IMG/VR virus record: IMGVR_UViG_3300042367_000228
Span: 248,001-312,000 of that record
DNA length: 64,000 bases
Strand: one strand, 5' to 3'
A program made the position numbers and the translations under genes. This document shows positions 30,276 through 41,765 of the stretch, piece by piece; position 1 is the first letter of the stretch, and each line of letters begins with the position of its first letter. A model generated the notes under the pieces. The model made no database searches and was not told the origin of the DNA. It worked only from the letters and a program-made list of their open reading frames with translations.

Positions 30276-31852
30276 TAATTTACTCCTACCTGTGTAGTTG
30301 TTGAGTTGTTATTTAGTATTGGTAATATTCCCAATACTGCTAATACGCATATCGTTCCGTATGCCTGTGAGGTTAGTATAGGAAGTAATCCTGCTGATAT
30401 AACTACTGATATAGTAGAAGCTGATCTAGTTAAAATTGAAATAGATCCAACTCCTGCAGATGATCCTGCTACCCAACTAGCAGTAGTTCCGTTTGTAGTT
30501 AAATACTTACCGTTGTTACCAGTTTGACTTGGCAATGATATAGGCGCAGCTTGTGACACCCATGCAGTTCCGTTACTAGTTAACACATTACCGGATGCAC
30601 CAACTACAGTTAACCCAGTGCCACCGTTTGCTACAGTCAATGCAGTAGATAATGTGATTGATGTAGCAGATGCTGTACCTAAAATAGGTGTAACTAATGT
30701 CGGACTTGTCGAAAGTACAACATTACCTGATCCAGTAAACCCGTTCCAAAATGCAGACGACGTGCCTGATGGTGTTTCTAACAACTTCCAATTTGCTGTA
30801 GACGTTGTGTACATAAACGACACATACGTACCACTTACATCTAACATAAATCCAACACTGTCATCTTCAATAGTATTACCGTTTGCTAATAATGTAATTG
30901 CATTATTAGCAAACGTATTATTAATGTCAATTATACCAATAATAGCACCATCATTTGGAGATGCAGGGAATGTTATATTAAACGCACTTGAAATAGTATT
31001 ACATCTTACTAATTCATTTGCACTTGCAGTATAGGATGCAGTTTTGATTGCAGTTGCAACCAAACCGGAACTAATTGTACTCCAAAGTGCAGTAGTTCCG
31101 TCTGTTGTTAGGTACTTACCTGAATTACTAGTTTGTGTTGGCAACGAGACAGGTGCAGATTGTGATACCCAGGTAGTCCCGTCTGATGTTAATACATTAC
31201 CAGATATTCCAGGAGCAACTGATTGTACTGCACTCAGGCCATTACCTAAAATTACACTGTTAGCCACAAGTGACGTAGCACCAGTACCGCCTTTAGTTAC
31301 TGACAATGTTGCACTAAGTCCGGCTGCAGTACCTGTTGTGTTCTGATTAAAAGTAGGCCATGTAAATGTACCGGTACTAAAGTTACCGCTTACAGGTGTG
31401 CCTAATGCGGGTGTGGTATTAAACAACACACTAGCACCAGATTGATTAACAATATCTCCACCGGGTGGTAATGTAATCTTACCACTATTATTAAACGCCC
31501 AAGTGTAGCCGTTATTTGTAACTGATAAACCACCACCGACTTGTAATGCGCCACCAATGCCAACCCCACCAGATACGGTTAATGCACCAGTAGACGGAGA
31601 AGTCGAACTAGTTGCAGCAGTAACTGATAAATTCGTAAATGCAGGACTTGCAGATGTTTGCAAGTCCTGAGGAGTATTAATTAAATCACTATAGTTATTA
31701 CTAAGTGTGGCAATTGATTGGACACCACTAGCTGTTTTTTTAATAAACAGTCGTCCATCATATGTATTAATTGATATTTCACCATCTAATAAATCGGTAA
31801 CCAACGGTACCTTTGCAGATACCGAACTTCGTTTATGTAAAATGTGTGCCAT
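30275..31852 (-). CDS. Tail fibre-like protein
   Basis: KRSSVSAKVP...GEISINTYDGRLF N-terminus; LPTQTSNSGKYLTTDG repeats. Confidence 0.7.
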   Translation of the reverse strand: MAHILHKRSSVSAKVPLVTDLLDGEISINTYDGRLFIKKTASGVQSIATLSNNYSDLINTPQDLQTSASPAFTNLSVTAATSSTSPSTGALTVSGGVGIGGALQVGGGLSVTNNGYTWAFNNSGKITLPPGGDIVNQSGASVLFNTTPALGTPVSGNFSTGTFTWPTFNQNTTGTAAGLSATLSVTKGGTGATSLVANSVILGNGLSAVQSVAPGISGNVLTSDGTTWVSQSAPVSLPTQTSNSGKYLTTDGTTALWSTISSGLVATAIKTASYTASANELVRCNTISSAFNITFPASPNDGAIIGIIDINNTFANNAITLLANGNTIEDDSVGFMLDVSGTYVSFMYTTSTANWKLLETPSGTSSAFWNGFTGSGNVVLSTSPTLVTPILGTASATSITLSTALTVANGGTGLTVVGASGNVLTSNGTAWVSQAAPISLPSQTGNNGKYLTTNGTTASWVAGSSAGVGSISILTRSASTISVVISAGLLPILTSQAYGTICVLAVLGILPILNNNSTTTQVGVN

Positions 31853-31861
31853 ATTAAGTTT

Positions 31862-34573
31862 TTAGAAAGTACCACCGTCTATGTCAGACCATGTAGGTAA
31901 GCCACCACTTAGCATTAAGACTTGACCATCGGTCGCCTTTGCTAATTTTGATAATGTGTTAGTTGCAGATGCATATAGAATGTCCCCTGCAGCATATGAA
32001 GTAATACCAGTACCGCCATATGTAGCACCAATTGCAGTACCGTTCCAAGTACCAGTTCCAACTGTACCTAATGTTGTAATACTAGTTTGACCGACGTATG
32101 TACTTGCGATATCAATGCTTGTACCAGATGATGTAATTCTATTTGCAGTACCGCCAACTGTTAATACACCTGATGCATATGATAAACCGTTACCAGCAAC
32201 TGATGATGCAAGTTGTACATTTCCGCCACTTATTGTAATACCGTTAGCAGTGTTGACACTAAACGAGTTACCAGTTAGTGTTAAACCTGCACCTGCTTGC
32301 CACGAACCTTGTCCAGCAAACTGTGTAAATATAACATTAGAAGAACCAAAAATTACACCTTCGGTTGTTTGTACATAACCATATCCGCTGTCAGACACAT
32401 AAAAATAGTCACCACCACCAAAGTTACCATAACCGGCTGCAATGTTAATTGCACCTGCAGTAGCATGGTTAACTGTTAATGTAATTTGGGTAGCACTATT
32501 AATACTTAAAATACGTGCATTTGAACCTAAAATACCAGTTCCACCAACTTTAAATACAGGCATACCTTCTGACAATGCTGAAGTATTACCAGATGTTAAT
32601 GTTACAACTGCAGTTAGTGTTGATAATGTAGCTGACAGACTGTTAACTGCATATGATGAATCGGCGTCAATTGCACGAACAAATGTAGTAGCAGTTGCCC
32701 AAACATAAACACCATTTTGTTTAGCATCAGTTTGACCAATAACTAATACACGGCATTGACTATGACTAGTAAATGTTGCAACTTCGCTGCCGCCATCCCA
32801 ACTATATGTAAATTGCGGAGCAGTTGCAAATGTTAAGTAAGAACCAGGTCCTACGTCTCCTAAGTTTGGAGCAGTACCGGCACCTGGAGTATATGATGCA
32901 GCACCTACGTCAGTTGATGTTACAAAATCTACAGTTTCATGTACACGTAAACCCTGTGCTAACGTGTCAACATAATTTTTAGTTGCAGCGTCTTGTGCAA
33001 CAACTGGATCTGCTAATCCGGTAATTTTGTAACCACCCATTGCTACAGTATTGCCAAATGTAGTAGCACCTGTTACACTTAATGTACCAGCAACTGCAGT
33101 ATTACCTGTTGCAGACGCAACTGTAAATTTATCAGTAGCAACAGATAAGTTACCTGAGAATGAACCAGTTGACGCACTTAATGTACCTAATGTAGAGTTA
33201 CCAGCATTTAATGTACCAGCAATCGTAGTGTTACCTGATGATGCAACTACTTGAAATTTATTTGTATTAACGTTAAAGTTACCAGTAACATCAGCTTGTC
33301 CAGTTACACCTAATGTGCCAGCAATTACAGTGTTACCTGTTGCAGCAGCAATTGTAAATTTATTAGTAGCAACTGCAAAATCACCTGTTGCATTTAATGT
33401 ACCAGCAACTGCAGTATTACCTGTTGCAGAAGCAACTGTGAATTTATTAGTAGCGACAGATAAGTCACCTGTTGCATTTAAAGAAGATACCGTAGTACTA
33501 CCAGTTACACCTAATGTGCCAGCAATTACAGTGTTACCTGTTGCAGCAGCAATTGTAAATTTATTAGTAGCAACTGCAACATCACCTGAGAATGAACCAG
33601 TTGTTGCACTTAATGTACTAAGTGTAGTATTACCTGCGCTCAACGTGCCTGATATAGTTGTATTGCCAGATGTTGTATCTACTAAGAATTTAGTAGCCAC
33701 ACTATCAGTAATTCTAAAATATTCAGAAGCAGCAGTTGTGTTACCGGAAATTGTAACACCGTTATTAAATGTAGCAGTATCAGTGAATGTCGAAACACCG
33801 GTAGTCGTTAACGCACCGCCAATCCATAAATTGCCCCCAATACCTGCACCGCCTGCAACTTGTAACGCACCCGAAGTAGCATTGCCTGCGTTTGCAGTAG
33901 ATTGTAGTAATTTTAATCCGGTAGTATCTAATTTTGAAACTTCAACTGCAGATGTGCCATTGCTTGCATAAAAATGTAATATATCATCACTTGCGCCCGG
34001 TGCTGATTCTGCAATAATGTAAGTAAGACCGTCAACTGATCTAACACCGCCTAACGATGCCCAGTTGCCGCTTCCGCTAGTTCCGGTATACCCTTCAAAT
34101 GTTGAACGTTCTGAATTATAACGAACCGCGCCGGCTAATGCAGGACTTTGTTGAGCAGTAGTACCTGATGGTAGTATTAATGCGTTGGTTCCTTCAATAA
34201 TAACATAACCAGCGCCATTTGGTTTGAGTTTAATATTACCGTCAGTATTTGTTGAACTAATAACACCTGTGCTACCAGTAATTGTGATATTACCAATGTT
34301 AATTGCATCAATTTTACTATTAGCATCAACAAGAATTGCTGAACTTGCAGTTAATGTACCAGGAACATGACTCATCATGTCTGTAAAATATTTACCACCT
34401 AATAGTACCGGAGTAGTTGTTGCGTCAGCTGCACCTATCCCGATATATAATCTGTCGCCAGTATTTGACTGGGTACCTGCTAACGATGAATATCCTAATT
34501 CACCAATTGCAAGTGTACCAGTAGTTATTGCACTGGTACTGGTTCTTTTAATTCTGATTTTTGAGCTTGCCAT
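31862..34573 (-). CDS. Long tail fibre-like protein with internal repeats
   Basis: VATNKFTIAAATGNTVIAGTL repeats; DAATKNYVD; ends IDGGTF. Confidence 0.75.
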   Translation of the reverse strand: MASSKIRIKRTSTSAITTGTLAIGELGYSSLAGTQSNTGDRLYIGIGAADATTTPVLLGGKYFTDMMSHVPGTLTASSAILVDANSKIDAINIGNITITGSTGVISSTNTDGNIKLKPNGAGYVIIEGTNALILPSGTTAQQSPALAGAVRYNSERSTFEGYTGTSGSGNWASLGGVRSVDGLTYIIAESAPGASDDILHFYASNGTSAVEVSKLDTTGLKLLQSTANAGNATSGALQVAGGAGIGGNLWIGGALTTTGVSTFTDTATFNNGVTISGNTTAASEYFRITDSVATKFLVDTTSGNTTISGTLSAGNTTLSTLSATTGSFSGDVAVATNKFTIAAATGNTVIAGTLGVTGSTTVSSLNATGDLSVATNKFTVASATGNTAVAGTLNATGDFAVATNKFTIAAATGNTVIAGTLGVTGQADVTGNFNVNTNKFQVVASSGNTTIAGTLNAGNSTLGTLSASTGSFSGNLSVATDKFTVASATGNTAVAGTLSVTGATTFGNTVAMGGYKITGLADPVVAQDAATKNYVDTLAQGLRVHETVDFVTSTDVGAASYTPGAGTAPNLGDVGPGSYLTFATAPQFTYSWDGGSEVATFTSHSQCRVLVIGQTDAKQNGVYVWATATTFVRAIDADSSYAVNSLSATLSTLTAVVTLTSGNTSALSEGMPVFKVGGTGILGSNARILSINSATQITLTVNHATAGAINIAAGYGNFGGGDYFYVSDSGYGYVQTTEGVIFGSSNVIFTQFAGQGSWQAGAGLTLTGNSFSVNTANGITISGGNVQLASSVAGNGLSYASGVLTVGGTANRITSSGTSIDIASTYVGQTSITTLGTVGTGTWNGTAIGATYGGTGITSYAAGDILYASATNTLSKLAKATDGQVLMLSGGLPTWSDIDGGTF

Positions 34574-34587
34574 TTAATTACCCTTAT

Positions 34588-35363
34588 TTAAAATTCGCCA
34601 CCGTCCATGTTTTGATTTAACAGTGAAGATTGAACGTCCCATTGACTTGTTGTTTCGTTGTATACTAATAATGAGCCGTCTAATAACCCTGTGCTGTTCA
34701 CGTCAGGAATGTCTATAACTTTATTTATCTGGTTTCCGGGAATACCTTGATCCCCTTTCTCACCCGATACATATGGAAGATCATTCCAATGTAATATGCC
34801 ATCTCCAAGTTTGAATGTATTTGTATCTATTTCAAATGCTAATTCACCGTCACTTAATATTGGATTTACATCTGTCCATAATTGTGCAGTTGCTCTGCGA
34901 ATTGGCGCACTTGTAGTAGTGCCGGTAACATTTATTATACCATTATTGATTTCTAAACCGGCGCCAATCTTAACACCACCTAATGTGGTACTAGATGCAA
35001 CTGGTAATGTATAGGTTGACCCCGATGATCCTGATGATCCAAATGTAACTTCGCTCCAATTTATTTCAGCATTAGGAACTGCACCTGTAGAAGTACTTCT
35101 AACTTCTCCGCTTTGTAATTTGTATGTATAGTACCGATCACCTGTTCTAGTATATGATCCAGATACGTACTCGTTTTTAATATACACTAACATACCTTCT
35201 TGTATGCGTTGTCCAGGTATATTAGTTAGTTGATCATTAGGTAATCCAGTAATACTTTGTAGTGTACCACGAAGTTCTGTATCTAATGCAATTGGCGCAT
35301 TAGTAGCAGGACTCCACGTACCTGGCCAAGTGTTTCTTGTTAACCCGTCATAGTTAGCTGCCA

Positions 35364-35364
<1 letters not shown>
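34588..35364 (-). CDS. Virion fibre-associated protein (Mtd-N-like domain)
   Basis: IRRATAQLWTDVNPILSDGELAFEIDT...KLGDG. Confidence 0.65.
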
Positions 35365-37448
<2,084 letters not shown>

Positions 37449-37496
37449 ACTGTATTTATTGTATGCTAAACAAAAGATCAATCAGTAGTTATGTGA

Positions 37497-37742
37497 TTAG
37501 TACATGCGTTTACGATTTGCAGATACTGGATTTGCTTCTTTTTGCAGTTTTTTACGATAGCGTGCTTTAGCTGCACCTGCTTCTCGTTTACGTTTCGTAG
37601 TTGGTTTTTCATAAAACTCTTTTTTACGTAACGTTTCTAATTTTCCAGAATCTTCAACTTTGCGCTTAAATCGTCTTAACGATTGTGTAATGTTTTCATT
37701 TTCGCGCATTGTTACTTTAACTCTATTCTGCGTTGTTATCAT
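37497..37742 (-). CDS. rpsU: Ribosomal protein bS21
   Basis: RENENITQSLRRFKRKVEDSGKLETLRKKEFYEKPTTKRKR. Confidence 0.92.
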   Translation of the reverse strand: MITTQNRVKVTMRENENITQSLRRFKRKVEDSGKLETLRKKEFYEKPTTKRKREAGAAKARYRKKLQKEANPVSANRKRMY

Positions 37743-38133
37743 CGTCTTCCTCTTTGTTGATTTGTTCTACAATCCAATCTAAATCAAATATTCTATTTTT
37801 AGAGATTAAATTGTAAGGTGTTAGTTCGTCATTAGTTATATAGTATGCATTAGGATGTGTAAGCATAAATGTGACAAACGATTTTGTAATCGGATCACAA
37901 TTATCAATATCGATAATTACTACTGCTACTTGATTTGTAACACTTAGTAACCAATCAATATCTGCCTCATCAGTGTCATAGATAAAAATATTAATATCTT
38001 CATCGCTTTCGCCAATAATTGCATGAAACTGTTCTAGTACATGCGTTGATGGTTTTACTAACAAATAACCAACATCTAAATTAAAAAATTTATCAGGAGG
38101 GGTAATAACCGTAATTCTTCCTAATGGATTCAT
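37723..38133 (-). CDS. Hypothetical protein
   Basis: 136-aa ORF (ITPPD motif). Confidence 0.65.
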   Translation of the reverse strand: MNPLGRITVITPPDKFFNLDVGYLLVKPSTHVLEQFHAIIGESDEDINIFIYDTDEADIDWLLSVTNQVAVVIIDIDNCDPITKSFVTFMLTHPNAYYITNDELTPYNLISKNRIFDLDWIVEQINKEEDDDNNAE

Positions 38134-38141
38134 GTGACCTT

Positions 38142-38648
38142 CTATGTGGTAATTAATTTTGCCTTGTATTTATCAGAGAAGGACTTGACCGCTAATGATA
38201 CTTTCTGTACCCCAGCTATTCCAATTGCTTTTGCAGCAGCCTTTGATAAATCAATAATTCTACCTTTAGAAAAGGGACCTCTATCATTTATTCTAACTAA
38301 TACTGTTTGGTTATTAGCTAAATTAGTTACTTCAACTATAGTTCCAAATGGCAATGTTTTATGTGCTGCAGTTAGTTCTTTTGGACTAAAATATTCTCCG
38401 TTTGCAGTTTTAGGTCTGCGTCGATATCTAGGTCCAGATTCGTAACCATACCAACTAGCTATACCTTGCATTTCGTTAGATGTATGTGCTGATCTAAGTC
38501 TATGCTTATAATGCAGGTGTTTAGTTTTTTTATGTACACTGTGTTGTATTGAATGATTGTCAGTCGAATGTTTAGTAGCTGCATCTACTGGAGCTACGGT
38601 GGTAATTATTGAGAGGGCAAGGATCCCTGTTATTAGTGAATTTTTCAT
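38142..38648 (-). CDS. rlpA: RlpA-like DPBB lytic transglycosylase
   Basis: [39 protein letters not shown]; start moved to MKNSL after SD AAAGGAG. Confidence 0.9.
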   Translation of the reverse strand: MKNSLITGILALSIITTVAPVDAATKHSTDNHSIQHSVHKKTKHLHYKHRLRSAHTSNEMQGIASWYGYESGPRYRRRPKTANGEYFSPKELTAAHKTLPFGTIVEVTNLANNQTVLVRINDRGPFSKGRIIDLSKAAAKAIGIAGVQKVSLAVKSFSDKYKAKLITT

Positions 38649-38654
38649 TTTTTC

Positions 38655-38890
38655 TCCTTTCACTTGGTGTGTATTAAAACAACTACACATTACATTAAGG
38701 GAGTAAACTGCACGAGGTTCTTCGAACCCATTTTGTTCGTGACGTCTTCTCCATCAGCCACAACATAAACTGCATGTTGCACCTTTGGCAAGCCTGGCTT
38801 CCCGAATTTCGCGGGTTTCTACTTTGGCCAAGACTCGCAGGATTGATTACATCTCTCAATCCAACTATCTTAGTTTCTCTCGAAACATAT
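38655..38890 (-). ncRNA. Long structured 5' leader of rlpA (candidate cis-regulatory RNA)
   Basis: GC-richer ORF-free region with at least six hairpins, e.g. GTTTC-GAGA-GAAAC, GGATTGA/TCAATCC, CCCG-CGAAATT-CGGG, CAACAT/ATGTTG, CACGA..GGTTC-GAA-GAACC-TCGTG. Confidence 0.6.
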
Positions 38891-38963
38891 AATATATAGC
38901 ATTGAACTTTAAAATTCTGTTAAAAAAGTGACTTTTTAACGAATTAAACTATACTATTTGCAC

Positions 38964-38992
38964 ATTATACGCTTGTTATTATATTTTGTCAA
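38964..38992 (-). promoter_or_regulatory. Sigma70-type promoter upstream of the rlpA leader
   Basis: TTGACA-17 nt-TATAAT. Confidence 0.75.
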
Positions 38993-39029
38993 GCAAAAAC
39001 TACTAAATATAAGATAATAGGAGTTTTTA

Positions 39030-40016
39030 ATGAAAATACAAGATTTAATGGAAGGATATATTGCTGATTCACTTCCAGATTTAATTAATCACGCAAAATC
39101 GTTAATTATAATGTATACGAAAACATTACCTGAAATAGTACACAAATATGATTTCTCAGTTAATGATCCATATAATCCAACTGAACTTGGATTAGCAAAT
39201 AGAGATATCAATGCATGTAAATTACAAGTAGGTAGTGTTAGATCAGTCTGGTTTACTAACAATTATTTGTCAGTTACTAAAAACAGAGCAGGTACCGGAA
39301 TGCAAGGCGGCAAATCTGCACGCGGTTTGAAAAATGCGTTAGTTACCTTATCAGAAATTCCAGAACTACGTAAAGTACACGGTTTAAATCGTTTAGCGCA
39401 TTTAGATGTAAACATTAATCCAAATAATAAAGTTCAAGCAACTGTATCTCAGCGTGTAAAAGGAACTGCACCAAAAGAAGCTGATATTCAAACATATGGT
39501 GAATTAATGAGGCATCTTGAAAATCTTTTACCAGACGTTATAAAAGCTATTGCTAAAGTGGCTAAGCCGCAGGATTTAGAATCTAGTTTTTTAAATGCAG
39601 AAGAAGTATTCGGAATAGGTGTTAGACTTGAAAATGCTATTGATAGATGGGAAAGTGTAAAAGGTACTATTCCAAAAAAATACGAAGGCGGAACTAGTTA
39701 TAAAAAACAAGGTGACGCATTAGTAGCTACACACAAAAATAAAGGTGCAGACCTAGGTAAAAGTGATATAATGAAACCGGCTGAAAAGCCTGTTAAGAAA
39801 CATGATACACATTCTCAAAATATGAGTGCTGCTCAAGACGCAATTAATCAAGGGTTTGAAGTACTTAAAAAGAATGGTATTAAAGATCATGAACTACATG
39901 CAATTAGACAAAAAGTTCAAAGAAGTGATAATCAACTAATGGCGTTAATGCAAGTATTCCAAGAATTTGGAATCAATCCAAATCCGTTAATGGAAGCTTG
40001 GTTAAAAACATATTAA
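39030..40016 (+). CDS. Hypothetical late protein with MKIQDLME tag
   Basis: TAAATA at 39004-39009, SD AGGAG. Confidence 0.75.
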   Translation: MKIQDLMEGYIADSLPDLINHAKSLIIMYTKTLPEIVHKYDFSVNDPYNPTELGLANRDINACKLQVGSVRSVWFTNNYLSVTKNRAGTGMQGGKSARGLKNALVTLSEIPELRKVHGLNRLAHLDVNINPNNKVQATVSQRVKGTAPKEADIQTYGELMRHLENLLPDVIKAIAKVAKPQDLESSFLNAEEVFGIGVRLENAIDRWESVKGTIPKKYEGGTSYKKQGDALVATHKNKGADLGKSDIMKPAEKPVKKHDTHSQNMSAAQDAINQGFEVLKKNGIKDHELHAIRQKVQRSDNQLMALMQVFQEFGINPNPLMEAWLKTY

Positions 40017-40017
40017 G

Positions 40018-40044
40018 AAAAAAGGGCTAATTAGCCCTTTTTTT
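40018..40044. terminator. Bidirectional intrinsic terminator
   Basis: AAAAAAGGGCTAA-TTAGCCCTTTTTTT between convergent genes. Confidence 0.8.
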
Positions 40045-40117
40045 AACGATTGTGAATATACATAGTAACTTCAAAGCCGAAACGTAAATCAACATATGTT
40101 GGTGTTTCCCATTTCAT
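40043..40117 (-). CDS. pqqA: Coenzyme PQQ precursor peptide PqqA (24 aa)
   Basis: MKWETPTYVDLRFGFEVTMYIHNR*: W-x-x-P...D-x-R-x-G-F-E-V-T-x-Y with the ExxxY cross-link motif; SD AAAGGAGGTGA upstream; terminator downstream. Confidence 0.93.
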   Translation of the reverse strand: MKWETPTYVDLRFGFEVTMYIHNR

Positions 40118-40133
40118 AACTATCACCTCCTTT

Positions 40134-40811
40134 TTATTTTGGTTTTATCGTAATTGTTATTGTACTTTCTGAACTAGTATCTTTACCTTTGTTTAAGGTA
40201 CCGCCTGAATCTTTTATTTTAAATCCTATAGCTGCATGTTGAGTACCATTTTTAGATCCATCTGGATAATACGCTAACAACGATACATTAGCTGATGGAA
40301 CACTTTGATTAGCTTTAACATTAGCTTTTCCTAATTTAAGTCTTCCGACTTTTGGTAATTTTGATATAATAACTGCGCTAATGCTGTTATTATCAATATC
40401 TTTAAATTTAAAATCAGATTGAGTAAAATGTTTAACAACTCTTTTAGTTATAGTAAACGCATTAGCGATTGCAGTCGGTGGTTCATTAGCAGAAACCGAC
40501 GATGTGCTATCGCCGGCATACACGTTATCACTGCCTGACGAAATTGTTCCAGCATCTGCTTTATCAGTATCTCTTGCAATCGGTATATTATTAACAAACA
40601 CAGTTGCAGATCCAGCTTTAATAGTTTCTGTGTGATTTACACACTTGTCACCTACTTTATGAGTATGAACTTTTATAGCATCTCCTTTTCTACAAACACC
40701 AATGTTATTAACAAATACATTAGTTGAACATTTGTCGGTGTTAGTAGTCGCAGTGCATAAGTGACCTGTTGATACTGTATCTTTACCTTTACCTCTTGCA
40801 ACTCGTGGCAT
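40134..40811 (-). CDS. PAAR spike-tip protein (gp5.4-like) with C-terminal Ig/cadherin-like extension
   Basis: MPRVAR, NVFVNNIGVCRKGD, GSATVFVNNIPIAR, SGSDNVYAG, followed by NEPPTA...DFKFKDIDN. Confidence 0.8.
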   Translation of the reverse strand: MPRVARGKGKDTVSTGHLCTATTNTDKCSTNVFVNNIGVCRKGDAIKVHTHKVGDKCVNHTETIKAGSATVFVNNIPIARDTDKADAGTISSGSDNVYAGDSTSSVSANEPPTAIANAFTITKRVVKHFTQSDFKFKDIDNNSISAVIISKLPKVGRLKLGKANVKANQSVPSANVSLLAYYPDGSKNGTQHAAIGFKIKDSGGTLNKGKDTSSESTITITIKPK

Positions 40812-40832
40812 AATATTATCCTAAAATAATAT

Positions 40833-41120
40833 TTATACAATAAGACCTGTAGTAGCTTTAGTGTAAGAAGATGCTGATTCTTTTTCAGTTGGTTCTAATA
40901 CTACTACCGTTGCGATTGCAATCTTAATTGTTTTATCTGGATCAACAGTAAACAAATAAGGTGCCATTCCAATTCCACCTTGTGCAGCTGCTAATACACG
41001 TGGTTTTGAAACTTTAATGTATTTGTCAGTTTCTTCAACTAATGATGCAATTAGTTCTTCGCCTGAAGTAAGTTTAATTGTAACTACTTCGCCTGGTGAT
41101 ACACCTTTATCTATAATCAT
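40833..41120 (-). CDS. Conserved phage protein (Sm-like fold suspected)
   Basis: GEVVTIKLTSGEELIA...KP pattern. Confidence 0.55.
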   Translation of the reverse strand: MIIDKGVSPGEVVTIKLTSGEELIASLVEETDKYIKVSKPRVLAAAQGGIGMAPYLFTVDPDKTIKIAIATVVVLEPTEKESASSYTKATTGLIV

Positions 41121-41349
41121 AATTTGCCTTTAAGTATTGTTGTAATTCTGAAAACCCACCGATGTAATTGCCATCAATTTGAATCTGTGGTAATGTTCTT
41201 GCTGTTGGTACATCTTCTAACAGTTGTTCTTTAGTCCAACCTCCATTAGAGATATTTCTTTCTTCAAAGTTAATGTTTTTCATTTGTAACAAGCTCTTAG
41301 CTTGCACGCAGTACGGGCACTGGTCTTTCGACCAAATTATTGCTGTCAT
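41107..41349 (-). CDS. grx: Glutaredoxin
   Basis: CPYC, RTLPQI, YIGGF. Confidence 0.93.
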   Translation of the reverse strand: MTAIIWSKDQCPYCVQAKSLLQMKNINFEERNISNGGWTKEQLLEDVPTARTLPQIQIDGNYIGGFSELQQYLKANYDYR

Positions 41350-41454
41350 TTAATAAAATCCTTGTACGGGGTTGACCAATCAATTTTTGCTATATTTTTC
41401 ATCATAGCACCTATTGCTTGTTGTTTGGCAACATTGATTGCATTGTTACCAATT

Positions 41455-41631
41455 TTACGTCTTTTTTTCAAATATCTGTCTGAGCGCATCTATCAAAGCC
41501 TTTTCGTCTGTCGTAGTCCATAATCTATATGATGGGTGTTTTCCTTCTCTAAGCATTGCGCATGGACATACAGGATCCTCGCCCTGCGGTCCCATGCATG
41601 CACAAATGGTTAAATCGTTGTATTCTTTCAT
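41455..41631 (-). CDS. Small Cys-rich hypothetical protein (58 aa)
   Basis: MKEYNDLTICACMGPQGEDPVCPCAM...; SD AAGG; sigma70-type promoter at 41660-41688. Confidence 0.55.
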   Translation of the reverse strand: MKEYNDLTICACMGPQGEDPVCPCAMLREGKHPSYRLWTTTDEKALIDALRQIFEKKT

Positions 41632-41695
41632 AATTACCTTATGATGTTTAAAAAACTGTATTATACAATATTATTATCATCCTGTCAATAATATT

Positions 41696-41765
41696 GATAA
41701 ATAAAAAAATGTAGTTCACGATATGGGGATATCTAACTACTCTAACGCCGCGGGAGGCATCAGCA
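41696..41765 (+). promoter_or_regulatory. Late promoter plus structured leader of HNH endonuclease
   Basis: GATAAATA, A-run, GTAGTT-CAC-GATAT-GGGG-ATATC-T-AACTAC, then GCC-GCGGGA-GGC around the SD. Confidence 0.6.

Noticed and set aside
38655-38890. tRNA, tmRNA or canonical c-di-GMP-I riboswitch
   Set aside because: No cloverleaf/T-arm-CCA or tag ORF recognised; only a partial resemblance to the GEMM P2 arm.
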